A program made the position numbers and the translations under genes. From an uncultured Bacteroidota bacterium (lineage in GTDB: Bacteria; Bacteroidota; Bacteroidia; AKYH767-A; 2013-40CM-41-45), in the NCBI GenBank assembly GCA_963775555.1, contig CAVZJJ010000004.1:408420-472419 (forward strand): a stretch of 64,000 nucleotides of DNA, read 5' to 3'. The notes under the pieces are model-generated. The model was not told the origin of the DNA. It searched no databases and worked only from the letters and a program-made list of their open reading frames with translations. Of this stretch, positions 31,683 through 40,425 are shown in pieces (positions within the stretch are counted from its first letter, which is position 1; each line of letters begins with the position of its first letter).

Positions 31683-31968
31683 GGGAGAGAGTTTTTAATG
31701 TAAGTAAAGAAGAGAGTTTGTGTTTTTAAAATTGCAAATATTTTCCATGCTATTTACATGTGTTGATAAAAAGCAGATGGGAAATATCAAAAGCGTGAAT
31801 TTTGAGTGAAGAAGAGGGTAAAAAAATTGGGATGTATATGCAAATTAGGTTACGAAGGGCATTTGAAGATATTTTAAAACCCTTTAACTTTTCCTGCAGA
31901 TTGGTGTATCTTTTTACGCAGGAACTCTTTCTGATGATTCATATCATTCATTACTGAGATGCCGTTTT

Positions 31969-31976
31969 TACCTTTG
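31969..31976 (+). promoter_or_regulatory. -7 box TACCTTTG
   Basis: TAnnTTTG 21 nt upstream of the ATG at 31997. Confidence 0.45.
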
Positions 31977-31996
31977 CATGGTATATTTTAAACCGG

Positions 31997-33652
31997 ATGA
32001 AGGATTTTAATTTTTGGCATTTTGCTGCAGGTCTGGCTCTGTTTTTATTTGGGATGTTCAGGGTAGAAGCTGCTCTAAAAGAACTTGCCGGCAGACCATT
32101 TAAAAAATTCTTGCAAAAACATACTCGTCACCCATTGAAAGCTGTGATGGCGGGTACTTTCGTCACGGCAATTCTTCAGAGTAGTTCCGTAGTGTTGTTG
32201 ATGATTCTTTCGTTTGTGGGAGCAGGTATAATGGGAATGCAGAATGCTCTGGCAGTTGTTTTGGGTTCCAATCTGGGTACTACTCTGTCCAGTTGGGTTG
32301 TGGCATTGGTTGGATTCAAACTGGATATCGTTGGGATTACTTATCCAATATTGACCTTTGCTTTGGTGGGTCTGATTTTCTTCCGGCACCGATCCGGTAT
32401 TCGTGCATTCAGCGAATTTTTGATCGGGTTTTCATTGCTTTTCATCGGATTGGAATGGATGAAGGTAAGTGCGAGTACTCTGGCGGATCCTGATCTGCTT
32501 TCAGGATTGACAAATAAAACACCCTATTTGTTTATTCCAATTGGTTTTGTAATCACCGTGCTCATTCAATCAAGTTCGGCTACCATGGCGATTGTGCTGA
32601 CAGCCTTGTACCAGGGCTTGATACCGCTTGAACATGGTGCTGCCATAGTTATTGGTTCGGAGTTAGGAACCGGGATGAAGCTTTTAGTGAGTGCAATTGG
32701 GGGAATTCCCGATAAGAAAAGGGTTGCATTGGGGAATTTTTATTTCAATGCGATCACCCTCCTAATTTCATCACTGCTTTTGTATCCCTTCCTGAACTTG
32801 ATTGGCTTTGTTCTGGATGAAACAGAACCTTTGATCAAACTTGTGGTTTTTCAGACGGGAATCAACCTGCTGAGCATTCTAATTTTTCTTCCGATTCTGA
32901 AACATTTCGCTGCTTTTCTTGGCAGGAAATATACAGGCATCGAAAAAGATGACCTTTCTCTTTTTATTCACAAGGCATCCGTGTATCCCGGGAAGGATTC
33001 GCTTGAGTTGGCTGAGATGGAAATTGTATCGCTTTTGCGTAATGCATTTTTATTAAACCGGATGGCTCTGGAGATTGAGACCGAAAATGAATCCATGGAT
33101 TCATGGTATAAGAATTTCCGGAAAATGACTCAGCCGGCAGTTTCCTACAATGTGCAGTATCAAAGGATAAAATTATTGCAGGGGGAAATATTGGATTATG
33201 TACAAGAGATTCAGCAGGAAAAATTTACGCGTGAACAAATTTCCCGGACTAATATGCTTCTGCATATATGCCGGGAAGTGATTCATGGTGTGAAAAACGT
33301 GAAAGACATAAAACACAATTTGAATGAGCTGGCTGACTCTGCAGATGATGAACTGTATTCCCTGTATATGGATTTACAGAAACGCGAAAAATTATTTTAC
33401 GCGCAGCTGGAAATTTTCCTCGCAGAAGGAGGAAACACAAAAGCGACCCGGGATAAGTTGGATGATTTTCTTAAAATGAACAAGGAAGAACATGAAGGCG
33501 AAATTTCCAAACTCTTCCTTTTACTTCGTGGACATAAAATTTCAGAATTCGAAGTCTCAACATTACTCAATGTGTACAGGGAAATTTATTCTTCTCACAA
33601 GGCCTTCCTTCTTGCCCTTTCGGATCTTTTCAACGGTAATGAGGAGCACTGA
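31997..33652 (+). CDS. Na/Pi cotransporter family protein with PhoU-like C-terminal domain
   Basis: Duplicated QSSSVV / QSSSAT motifs in the membrane domain (NptA type), with a helical cytoplasmic C-terminal half. Confidence 0.85.
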   Translation: MKDFNFWHFAAGLALFLFGMFRVEAALKELAGRPFKKFLQKHTRHPLKAVMAGTFVTAILQSSSVVLLMILSFVGAGIMGMQNALAVVLGSNLGTTLSSWVVALVGFKLDIVGITYPILTFALVGLIFFRHRSGIRAFSEFLIGFSLLFIGLEWMKVSASTLADPDLLSGLTNKTPYLFIPIGFVITVLIQSSSATMAIVLTALYQGLIPLEHGAAIVIGSELGTGMKLLVSAIGGIPDKKRVALGNFYFNAITLLISSLLLYPFLNLIGFVLDETEPLIKLVVFQTGINLLSILIFLPILKHFAAFLGRKYTGIEKDDLSLFIHKASVYPGKDSLELAEMEIVSLLRNAFLLNRMALEIETENESMDSWYKNFRKMTQPAVSYNVQYQRIKLLQGEILDYVQEIQQEKFTREQISRTNMLLHICREVIHGVKNVKDIKHNLNELADSADDELYSLYMDLQKREKLFYAQLEIFLAEGGNTKATRDKLDDFLKMNKEEHEGEISKLFLLLRGHKISEFEVSTLLNVYREIYSSHKAFLLALSDLFNGNEEH

Positions 33653-33682
33653 ATTGTCAACAAGTGGAATTCATACATTTAA

Positions 33683-34586
33683 TCAGAGGCTGAGTGAGTG
33701 CAGTAGAATCAACCATGCCTCATTTACTTCACCTTTTTCCAACAGCGCTTTGGCGAGTTCATGCAATTTGTTTTCCAGAATTTCAGGCTGTCTTCCAAAG
33801 CGTTCCTGAAGTTCTTTCATGTAATCTCTTCGTGAAACATTTTTTACTTCCTCGGTTGATGGGAGTTCTTTTACATTCCCCAATTGCCCGAGGTTATTGC
33901 CTGTTAGAATTTTGCTCGCGCGAATTTTTCCGGGAAGTTGGTCAACTCCAATTCCCTGTTCAGACAAGTGGCTTGGTCACTTCAAAAATGGAAGCAGCCG
34001 GAAGCACGGCAATAATAATTTTCACCCATGCGTGCTACCAGATCAATCTTATGCACGATCAATTTTGTTTTCAAGTGTCAGTATGTCTTCATTAATATGC
34101 ATTAAAACGATTTCACAGATAATCAGGTTTGCTGCACCTCCTTGCGTTCCCATTTCTTTTACTTCTAAAACTTTGCATTCCATCTGCACAGGTGATTCCT
34201 TCATACGAAAAGGTTTCACAATTTCAGACGCAATGGGGGTCAGACCGGATTTGACAAATTCATCGACACCTTTTGGGTATTCCGTGCTTGCAAGTGACAT
34301 TTGATGAACCATTTCATAATTGACCGCATTAATCACGACTTCACCGGTTTCCTTAATATTTTCAAGAGTGTGTTTTGTAGTAGTTATCCCTTACTCTGCG
34401 GGCGGGAGAGAAAACTACGATGGGTGGTTTGCTGCCAAAGGCATTATAAAAGCTGAATGGAGCCAGGTTGCGAATTCCATTTTTATCCATAGTACTGGCA
34501 AAAGCAATAGGTCGCGGAGCAATTGCAGCCAGCATATAACTGTGAAAGAGAGAAGTTTTGATGCCTCCGGGAATAACTGTGATCAT
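33683..34586 (-). CDS. flavin reductase family protein (FMN-binding split barrel) with C-terminal extension, at least four frame breaks
   Basis: AAIAPRPIAFASTMDKNGIRNLAPFSFYNAF is the flavin reductase core. It continues through TLENIKETGEVVINAVNYEM, HKIDLVARMGENYYCRASG and SEQGIGVDQLPGKIRASKILTGNNLG in different frames between about 33960 and 34370. Confidence 0.7.
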
Positions 34587-34706
34587 AATTTTGTGATTGG
34601 GATTGCAAAGGTACAAAACTCAGATTGTCAGGAATCAATTGGTATATCAGCGTATATACAATATTGTATCAAGAAAAAAAATAACTACCTTCGCGTCCCA
34701 TTTTCA

Positions 34707-34788
34707 GCGCATGTGGCGTAATTGGCAGCCGCGCCAGACTTAGGATCTGGTGCCGAAAGGCGTGTGGGTTCGAGTCCCTCCATGCGCA
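34707..34788 (+). tRNA. tRNA-Leu (anticodon UAG)
   Basis: Acceptor stem GCGCATG/CATGCGC. Anticodon arm CCAGA-CTTAGGA-TCTGG. Long variable arm GCC-GAAA-GGC. T-loop TTCGAGT, with one U-U mismatch in the T stem. CCA is not encoded. Confidence 0.85.
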
Positions 34789-34902
34789 CTGAAAATTGGA
34801 TTACAGGAATAGCCGACAAAGATCTGCCCGAATAGGCAGGGCTTTCGTGTGATTCAATTGAAAGAATTGCAATTATTTGTTGAAGAATCAAGACGATTAA
34901 AA

Positions 34903-36276
34903 ATGATGAACATCACCAAAGAGCAAATCGACGAGCTGAATGCCGTTGTGAAGATCGAACTAAAACCTGACGATTATCAGGGTCGCGTGAATGAGGTAAT
35001 TAAAAATTACCAGCGCTCTGTAAATGTTCCCGGCTTTCGTCCTGGAAAAGTTCCTGTGGGTGTAATTAAAAAGATGTACGGGAAAGCCGTCCTTGTTGAA
35101 GAGTTGAACAAGATGCTTTCGGAATCGCTGGGAAAATATATTTACGAAAATAAGTTGGAGGTGATTGGATCCCCTTTGCCAAAAAAGGGAGAGACGGACC
35201 AGGTATTCGAAGATGGTGCCAGTTTTGAATTCATCTACGAACTTGGAATGGCTCCTCAATTTGAAGTAATTCTTCCTAAGGATAAAATTCCCTATTACCT
35301 GATTCAGGTTGATGAAAAGATGATGGAAGATGACATCGCTGACATCCGCCGTCGCTATGGAAAATTTTCGAATCCGGAGATTTCAGAAGCGCAACATATT
35401 TTATATGGTGAATTTGTTGAGCTCGATACTGAAGGACAGCCAAAAGAAAATGGCAATAAAACCACCACTTCCTTGTCACTGGAAATGATCCGTGATGAAG
35501 AGAAGCGTAAGCCCTTCGTAGGATTAAAGAAGTCGGATGAAGTGCGTTTCAATCCCATGAATGCAGTCGGGACAGAAGCAGAGGTAATGGCTATGTTAAA
35601 GCTCGAGAAAGACGCTCCTGCCTTGCTTTCAGACTACCGTTTTACTGTGAACACGATTAATCAAATTGACAAAGCAGAATTGAACCAGGAATTGTTTGAC
35701 AAGCTTTACGGTGAAGGCGAAGTAAAGACAGAAGAGGAGTTTCGCGCCAAGATTAAGGAGAGCATCTCCAAGTACTTCGAACGCGAGAGTGACCGGAAAC
35801 TTAAAAAAGATCTGAAGGATAGTTTGCTCACGTCTATTTCAGTTCCGCTTCCCGATGAATTTCTTCAGCGCATGTTGAAAGCCAATGCAGAAAAACAAAT
35901 GGAGGAAGATGCATTTCGTCATGAATATTATCATTTGTCTGAAGATTTGCGTTGGAACCTGATACAGAATAAAGTGGCCGCTGCTCATTCATTAGAGGTG
36001 AGTGAAGATGAGATCAAGGAACTTGCGCGTCAGGTGATGCGTCAGGAGTTTGCTCAATACGGTTATTATGATTTGGAAGCGGAACGACTTGAGGAGATGA
36101 CGACTCGTTATTTACAGCAAGAAGGAACCTTTGATAAGCTGGAGCGGAGTCTGAAAGAAAATAAAGTATTTGATCAACTAAAGAAAGATGTGAATCTGAA
36201 CTCAATCGAACTTCCTTATGCTGAATTTATTGAAAAGCTTCAGGAAAAAACACAGCACGAGCAGGCGCATCATTGA
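34903..36276 (+). CDS. tig: trigger factor
   Basis: MNITKEQIDELNAVVKIEL...VNVPGFRPGKVP (ribosome-binding GFRxGxxP motif). The length and domain order match Tig. Confidence 0.9.
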   Translation: MMNITKEQIDELNAVVKIELKPDDYQGRVNEVIKNYQRSVNVPGFRPGKVPVGVIKKMYGKAVLVEELNKMLSESLGKYIYENKLEVIGSPLPKKGETDQVFEDGASFEFIYELGMAPQFEVILPKDKIPYYLIQVDEKMMEDDIADIRRRYGKFSNPEISEAQHILYGEFVELDTEGQPKENGNKTTTSLSLEMIRDEEKRKPFVGLKKSDEVRFNPMNAVGTEAEVMAMLKLEKDAPALLSDYRFTVNTINQIDKAELNQELFDKLYGEGEVKTEEEFRAKIKESISKYFERESDRKLKKDLKDSLLTSISVPLPDEFLQRMLKANAEKQMEEDAFRHEYYHLSEDLRWNLIQNKVAAAHSLEVSEDEIKELARQVMRQEFAQYGYYDLEAERLEEMTTRYLQQEGTFDKLERSLKENKVFDQLKKDVNLNSIELPYAEFIEKLQEKTQHEQAHH

Positions 36277-36580
36277 TATTTTTATAATATTTCCTAAGAT
36301 CCGGATCTTTAATACCGGAAAATAACCTGTTTTTTGACGGCTAATTATTGGGCTGTTAATACATTGGCAATCTGCCCTAATGGCTTCTGCCGTCATTCGC
36401 ATTATTATCTTTCTGGCCACCCTCTTTCCCGATTCTGCAGGTAATGGAGCAGGTGATGGTTCAGTTTGGAATTTACTTTTCCATTATTACAGGTCATGCC
36501 GGGTATGTTGAAAACTATTTTCCATCCTTCAGTGACTGTGCACTAATCGCTTTAATTTTGAAATTGAAAAAAAACTATTT

Positions 36581-36600
36581 CTGTTCTGTTCTGTTCTGTT
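36581..36600. repeat. (CTGTT)x4 microsatellite
   Basis: Four perfect tandem pentamers in the tig-clpP spacer. Confidence 0.9.
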
Positions 36601-36642
36601 TTGAACGGAAATAAATTATCATTTTAAAAAGAAAAGGAGACA

Positions 36643-37320
36643 ATGAATTATTCAGATGAGTTTCGCAAGTATGCGGTCAAGCACCGCGGGATTAGCAGCA
36701 TTACCGTTGACAGTTTTGTTTCGGCAGTCAGGGCAGATTACATTTCACCAACTATCATTGAAGAAAGACAGTTGAATATTGCCACCATGGATGTGTTTTC
36801 CCGACTCATGATGGATCGTATTATTTTTCTGGGTGTTGGAATCAATGATTATGTGTCCAATATTATTCAGGCGCAGCTGTTATTTTTGGAATCTGTTGAT
36901 GCTAAAAAAGACATCCAGATTTATATGAATAGTCCGGGTGGATCAGTATATGCGGGCCTTGGTATTTATGATACCATGCAATTTATTCAGCCTAATATCG
37001 CTACGATTTGTACAGGTATGGCTGCTTCCATGGCAGCAGTTTTGATGACTGCAGGTGCAAAAGGAAAAAGAGCTGCATTGAAACATGCAAGGATCATGAT
37101 TCACCAGCCGATGGGTGGAGCGGAAGGTCAGGCATCAGACATTGAAATTACGGCCAGGGAGATTCAGAAACTGAAGAAAGAACTTTATGAAATTATTGCT
37201 TCCCATTCAGGTCAGACTTATGAAAAAGTATGGCAAGATTCTGATCGGGATTATTGGATGACGGCTGATGAAGCCAAAGAATACGGTATGATCGACGAGG
37301 TACTTACAAGAAAAAAATAA
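36643..37320 (+). CDS. clpP: ATP-dependent Clp protease proteolytic subunit
   Basis: Catalytic Ser in GMAASMAAVL and His in MIHQPMGG. Intact 225 aa. Confidence 0.9.
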   Translation: MNYSDEFRKYAVKHRGISSITVDSFVSAVRADYISPTIIEERQLNIATMDVFSRLMMDRIIFLGVGINDYVSNIIQAQLLFLESVDAKKDIQIYMNSPGGSVYAGLGIYDTMQFIQPNIATICTGMAASMAAVLMTAGAKGKRAALKHARIMIHQPMGGAEGQASDIEITAREIQKLKKELYEIIASHSGQTYEKVWQDSDRDYWMTADEAKEYGMIDEVLTRKK

Positions 37321-37342
37321 AATCAGCCTTTTTAAGGCACAT

Positions 37343-37414
37343 TTTAAACGCAAGCCCGGGGTTAAATAGTTTAAAAATTGAACTATTCTCCGTAGCTTGC
37401 GTTTAAATTTTTTA
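37343..37414 (+). promoter_or_regulatory. nested stem-loop with T-run between clpP and clpX (possible partial terminator/attenuator)
   Basis: 13-bp outer stem TTTAAACGCAAGC / GCTTGCGTTTAAA enclosing the inner hairpin AATAGTT/AACTATT, followed by a T6 run. The clpX ATG is 21 nt downstream. Confidence 0.5.
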
Positions 37415-37434
37415 TAGAATCTTCCATTTCCAGT

Positions 37435-38677
37435 ATGAAAAATCAGAAAGATATAAAGTGCTCATTCTGTGGGCGCGACAAGAGCGAGACCTATGTTTTG
37501 ATAGCAGGAATTACCGGTCATATTTGTGATCAGTGTATACAGCAGGCCCAGAATATTCTGAGTGATGAGATGAACAGCAAGTTGAAGAACACTATCAACT
37601 CGCACATGACTTTATTGAAGCCTGTTGAAATCAAAAAATTTCTTGAGCAATATGTGATTGGTCAGGATGATGCTAAAAAGGTGCTTTCAGTAGCTGTTTA
37701 CAATCATTACAAGCGAATAGCCGCAAAATCAAGAAGCAGGACGATGTTGAGATTGAAAAATCCAATATTATACTGGTAGGGGAAACCGGAACCGGAAAAA
37801 CACTCTTGGCGCGTACAATTGCCAAAATGTTGAATGTTCCATTTTGTATTGCAGATGCGACCGTGCTTAACGGAAGCCGGATATGTAGGAGAAGATGTGG
37901 AAAGTATTCTTACCCGTTTGCTTCAATCGGCAGATTATGATGTGGCATCAGCCGAGCGAGGAATTGTGTATATCGATGAAATAGATAAAATTGCCCGCAA
38001 AAGTGATAATCCTTCCATTACCCGTGATGTAAGTGGAGAAGGAGTTCAGCAGGCCTTATTAAATTACTTGAAGGGTCGATTGTGAATGTTCCACCACAAG
38101 GCGGACGGAAGCATCCGGAGCAAAAAATGATATCCATGGATACCCAAAATATCCTGTTTATCTGTGGAGGAGCTTTTGACGGTATTGAAAAAAAGATTGC
38201 AAAAAGATTGCAAGCCAATGCCCTTGGTTTTAAAGCCAGCAAGGATCAGGAAAATTATGATAAAGCCAATTATTTACAGTATATAAGTCCGATGGATTTG
38301 AAGTCTTTCGGAATTATTCCTGAGTTGATCGGCCGGTTGCCGTGATTACCCACCTTGATCCTTTGGATAAAACCGTTTTGCGTTCTATTCTTACCGAGCC
38401 GAAAAATGCACTCATCAAGCAATATGAGAAGCTATTTCAGCTTGAAGGAATCAACCTTTCCCTGGAAAAGCCGGTCCTTGATTTTATCGTTGATAAAGCC
38501 TTTGAATTTAAGTTGGGAGCACGCGGATTACGTTCCATTTGTGAGGCTATTTTACTTGATGCTATGTTTGAGTTGCCTTCCGCAGGAAAATCATCACCTA
38601 AGGATTTGGTGATTACTCTTACTTATGCAGAGGAGCAGTTCTCAAAATCGAATGTGAATAAGCTTAAAGTTGCCTGA
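37435..38677 (+). CDS. clpX: ATP-dependent Clp protease ATP-binding subunit ClpX, about four frame breaks
   Basis: Zinc-finger CSFCGRDK...HICDQC, Walker [12 protein letters not shown] (out of frame), [18 protein letters not shown], and the C-terminal GARGLRSI. Five frame segments. Confidence 0.9.
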
Positions 38678-38705
38678 TTCTCAGAACCTTGAATTTCTTT
38701 TAAAT

Positions 38706-38745
38706 GCCATCCGGAATAATTTTTTCCCGGCTGATGGCCTTTTTT
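38706..38745 (+). terminator. rho-independent terminator
   Basis: GCCATCCGG ... CCGGCTGATGGC stem followed by a T6 run, 29 nt after the clpX stop. Confidence 0.7.
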
Positions 38746-39214
38746 CAAAAATTTCAGTTGAAAAAAACTGCTGCCTGGCGACCATGAAAATCAAACATTG
38801 GAGATTTGAGTTCAGTCACCCCAAAGGCGATTTTCATTCCAGAACCGATCTAATGCAATTTTTCGCCTTCCCCAAAAAATCTGGACAGGCTATAATCGAC
38901 CGCTATTAGATATAATGTGGGACAGAAGAAAAAAATCTCTCCTGTTTTTTGGGAGAATTGGAGAAATAGGCTGGACTTCTTCAAAATCGTTAAAACTCTT
39001 GAAAATAAATACAAGTGTTTTTTTTAGAGAAAGCACGGTAGTGGCATTTTGCACCGGGATGTTAAAATGCTGATTAATTAACTTTTTTAAGCATTTCGAT
39101 AGCTAATCCAAGCCATTTTTTGGAATCATCAAGCAATGGGTAATGCTTTTTAAAGGATAGCTTTTCTGTTTAAAAATATTTATTCACAGGATTTGGTAAA
39201 TAAAAAAGAAGGTG

Positions 39215-39222
39215 TACCTTTG
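39215..39222 (+). promoter_or_regulatory. -7 box TACCTTTG of the ribosomal superoperon
   Basis: TAnnTTTG 65 nt upstream of the rpsL ATG. The predicted leader begins with hairpin TCCCTA-AAAA-TAGGGA. Confidence 0.5.
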
Positions 39223-39286
39223 CAATCCCTAAAAATAGGGGAAATTCGCAGAAAAGTCTGAATTTTAACCTGAAAGAAATAAACGA

Positions 39287-39682
39287 ATGCCAACAGTACA
39301 GCAGTTAGTCCGCAAAGGGCGCTCAAAATTGGTAGATAAAAGCAAGTCTCCGGCTTTGGTATCATGTCCTCAACGTCGCGGTGTTTGCACACGTGTGTAC
39401 ACTACGACTCCAAAGAAGCCGAATTCAGCTATGCGTAAAGTAGCTCGTGTTCGTCTTACCAATAAATTTGAGGTAACTGCCTACATTCCGGGAGAGGGAC
39501 ATAATCTTCAGGAGCACTCGTATTGTAATGATACGTGGAGGCAGGGTTAAGGATCTTCCGGGAGTACGTTACCACATCATCCGTGGCACATTGGATACAG
39601 CCGGTGTTGATGGTCGCAAACAACAACGAAGTAAATACGGAGCCAAGCGTCCAAACCAGGAGCAGGTGCAGCAAAAAAATAA
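39287..39682 (+). CDS. rpsL: 30S ribosomal protein S12, frame breaks near 39525 and 39655
   Basis: [15 protein letters not shown]...[16 protein letters not shown], then [19 protein letters not shown] in the next frame. The 3' end is inferred ([12 protein letters not shown] if one A is restored). Confidence 0.85.
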
Positions 39683-39731
39683 ATTAATAAAACAGAATAC
39701 TATCCAAATATCCAATAGCTGAAGATTAATC

Positions 39732-40200
39732 ATGCGGAAGACCAAACCAAAGAAAAGAATATTGTTACCGGATCCTAAGTTCAACGATACTCTGGTAACC
39801 CGTTTTGTGAATAACCTCATGTACGGAGGAAACAAAAGCACAGCTTACGGAATTTTCTATGATGCCGTTAGCACGCGTGGAAGAGAAGACCAAGGAAAGT
39901 GGTTTGGATATGTGGAAGAAGGCAATGACTAATGTGATGCCGACAGTAGAAGTAAAGAGCCGCCGTGTTGGTGGAGCAACATTTCAGATTCCGAGTGAAA
40001 TTCGCCCGGATCGTCGTGTTGCATTAACGATTAAATGGTTGATCAGCTACTCCCGTAACCGCAATGAGAAATCAATGGCGGAGCGTTTAGCCGGAGAGAT
40101 CATCGCAGCTTCAAAAGGAGAAGGTGCAGCAGTGAAGAAAAAAGAAGATACACATCGTATGGCGGAAGCCAACAAAGCCTTCTCTCACTTCAGAGCATAA
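39732..40200 (+). CDS. rpsG: 30S ribosomal protein S7, one frame break near 39870
   Basis: [19 protein letters not shown]..., then [38 protein letters not shown]. Confidence 0.9.
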
Positions 40201-40425
40201 AATAGACATTAAACAAAGGATAAACTTCACAATTTATCCATCATCAATAAGTAGTTCTTTTTTTTAACGGATAACCAAGACTTGCCGCTTTAATCGAGCA
40301 AGAATATCTACTGGATAACTGAGTATGCCTTCGGGCATAGCCGAAGGAAATAATATCCGACTCAAAGTGTCCGGTTATCACGAAAAAGAAATAACTATCG
40401 TTATGATTAACGGAGAACTAATCAA

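Noticed and set aside
36581-36600. Tandem repeat as a possible CRISPR or other array
   Set aside because: It is a 5-nt unit repeated four times with no spacers, so it is a simple microsatellite. I saw no CRISPR-like repeat-spacer structure anywhere in the window.
38670-38909. 79-aa plus-strand ORF after clpX
   Set aside because: It starts inside the clpX 3' end and reads straight through the clpX terminator hairpin. It has no motif and no promoter, so I do not call it a gene.
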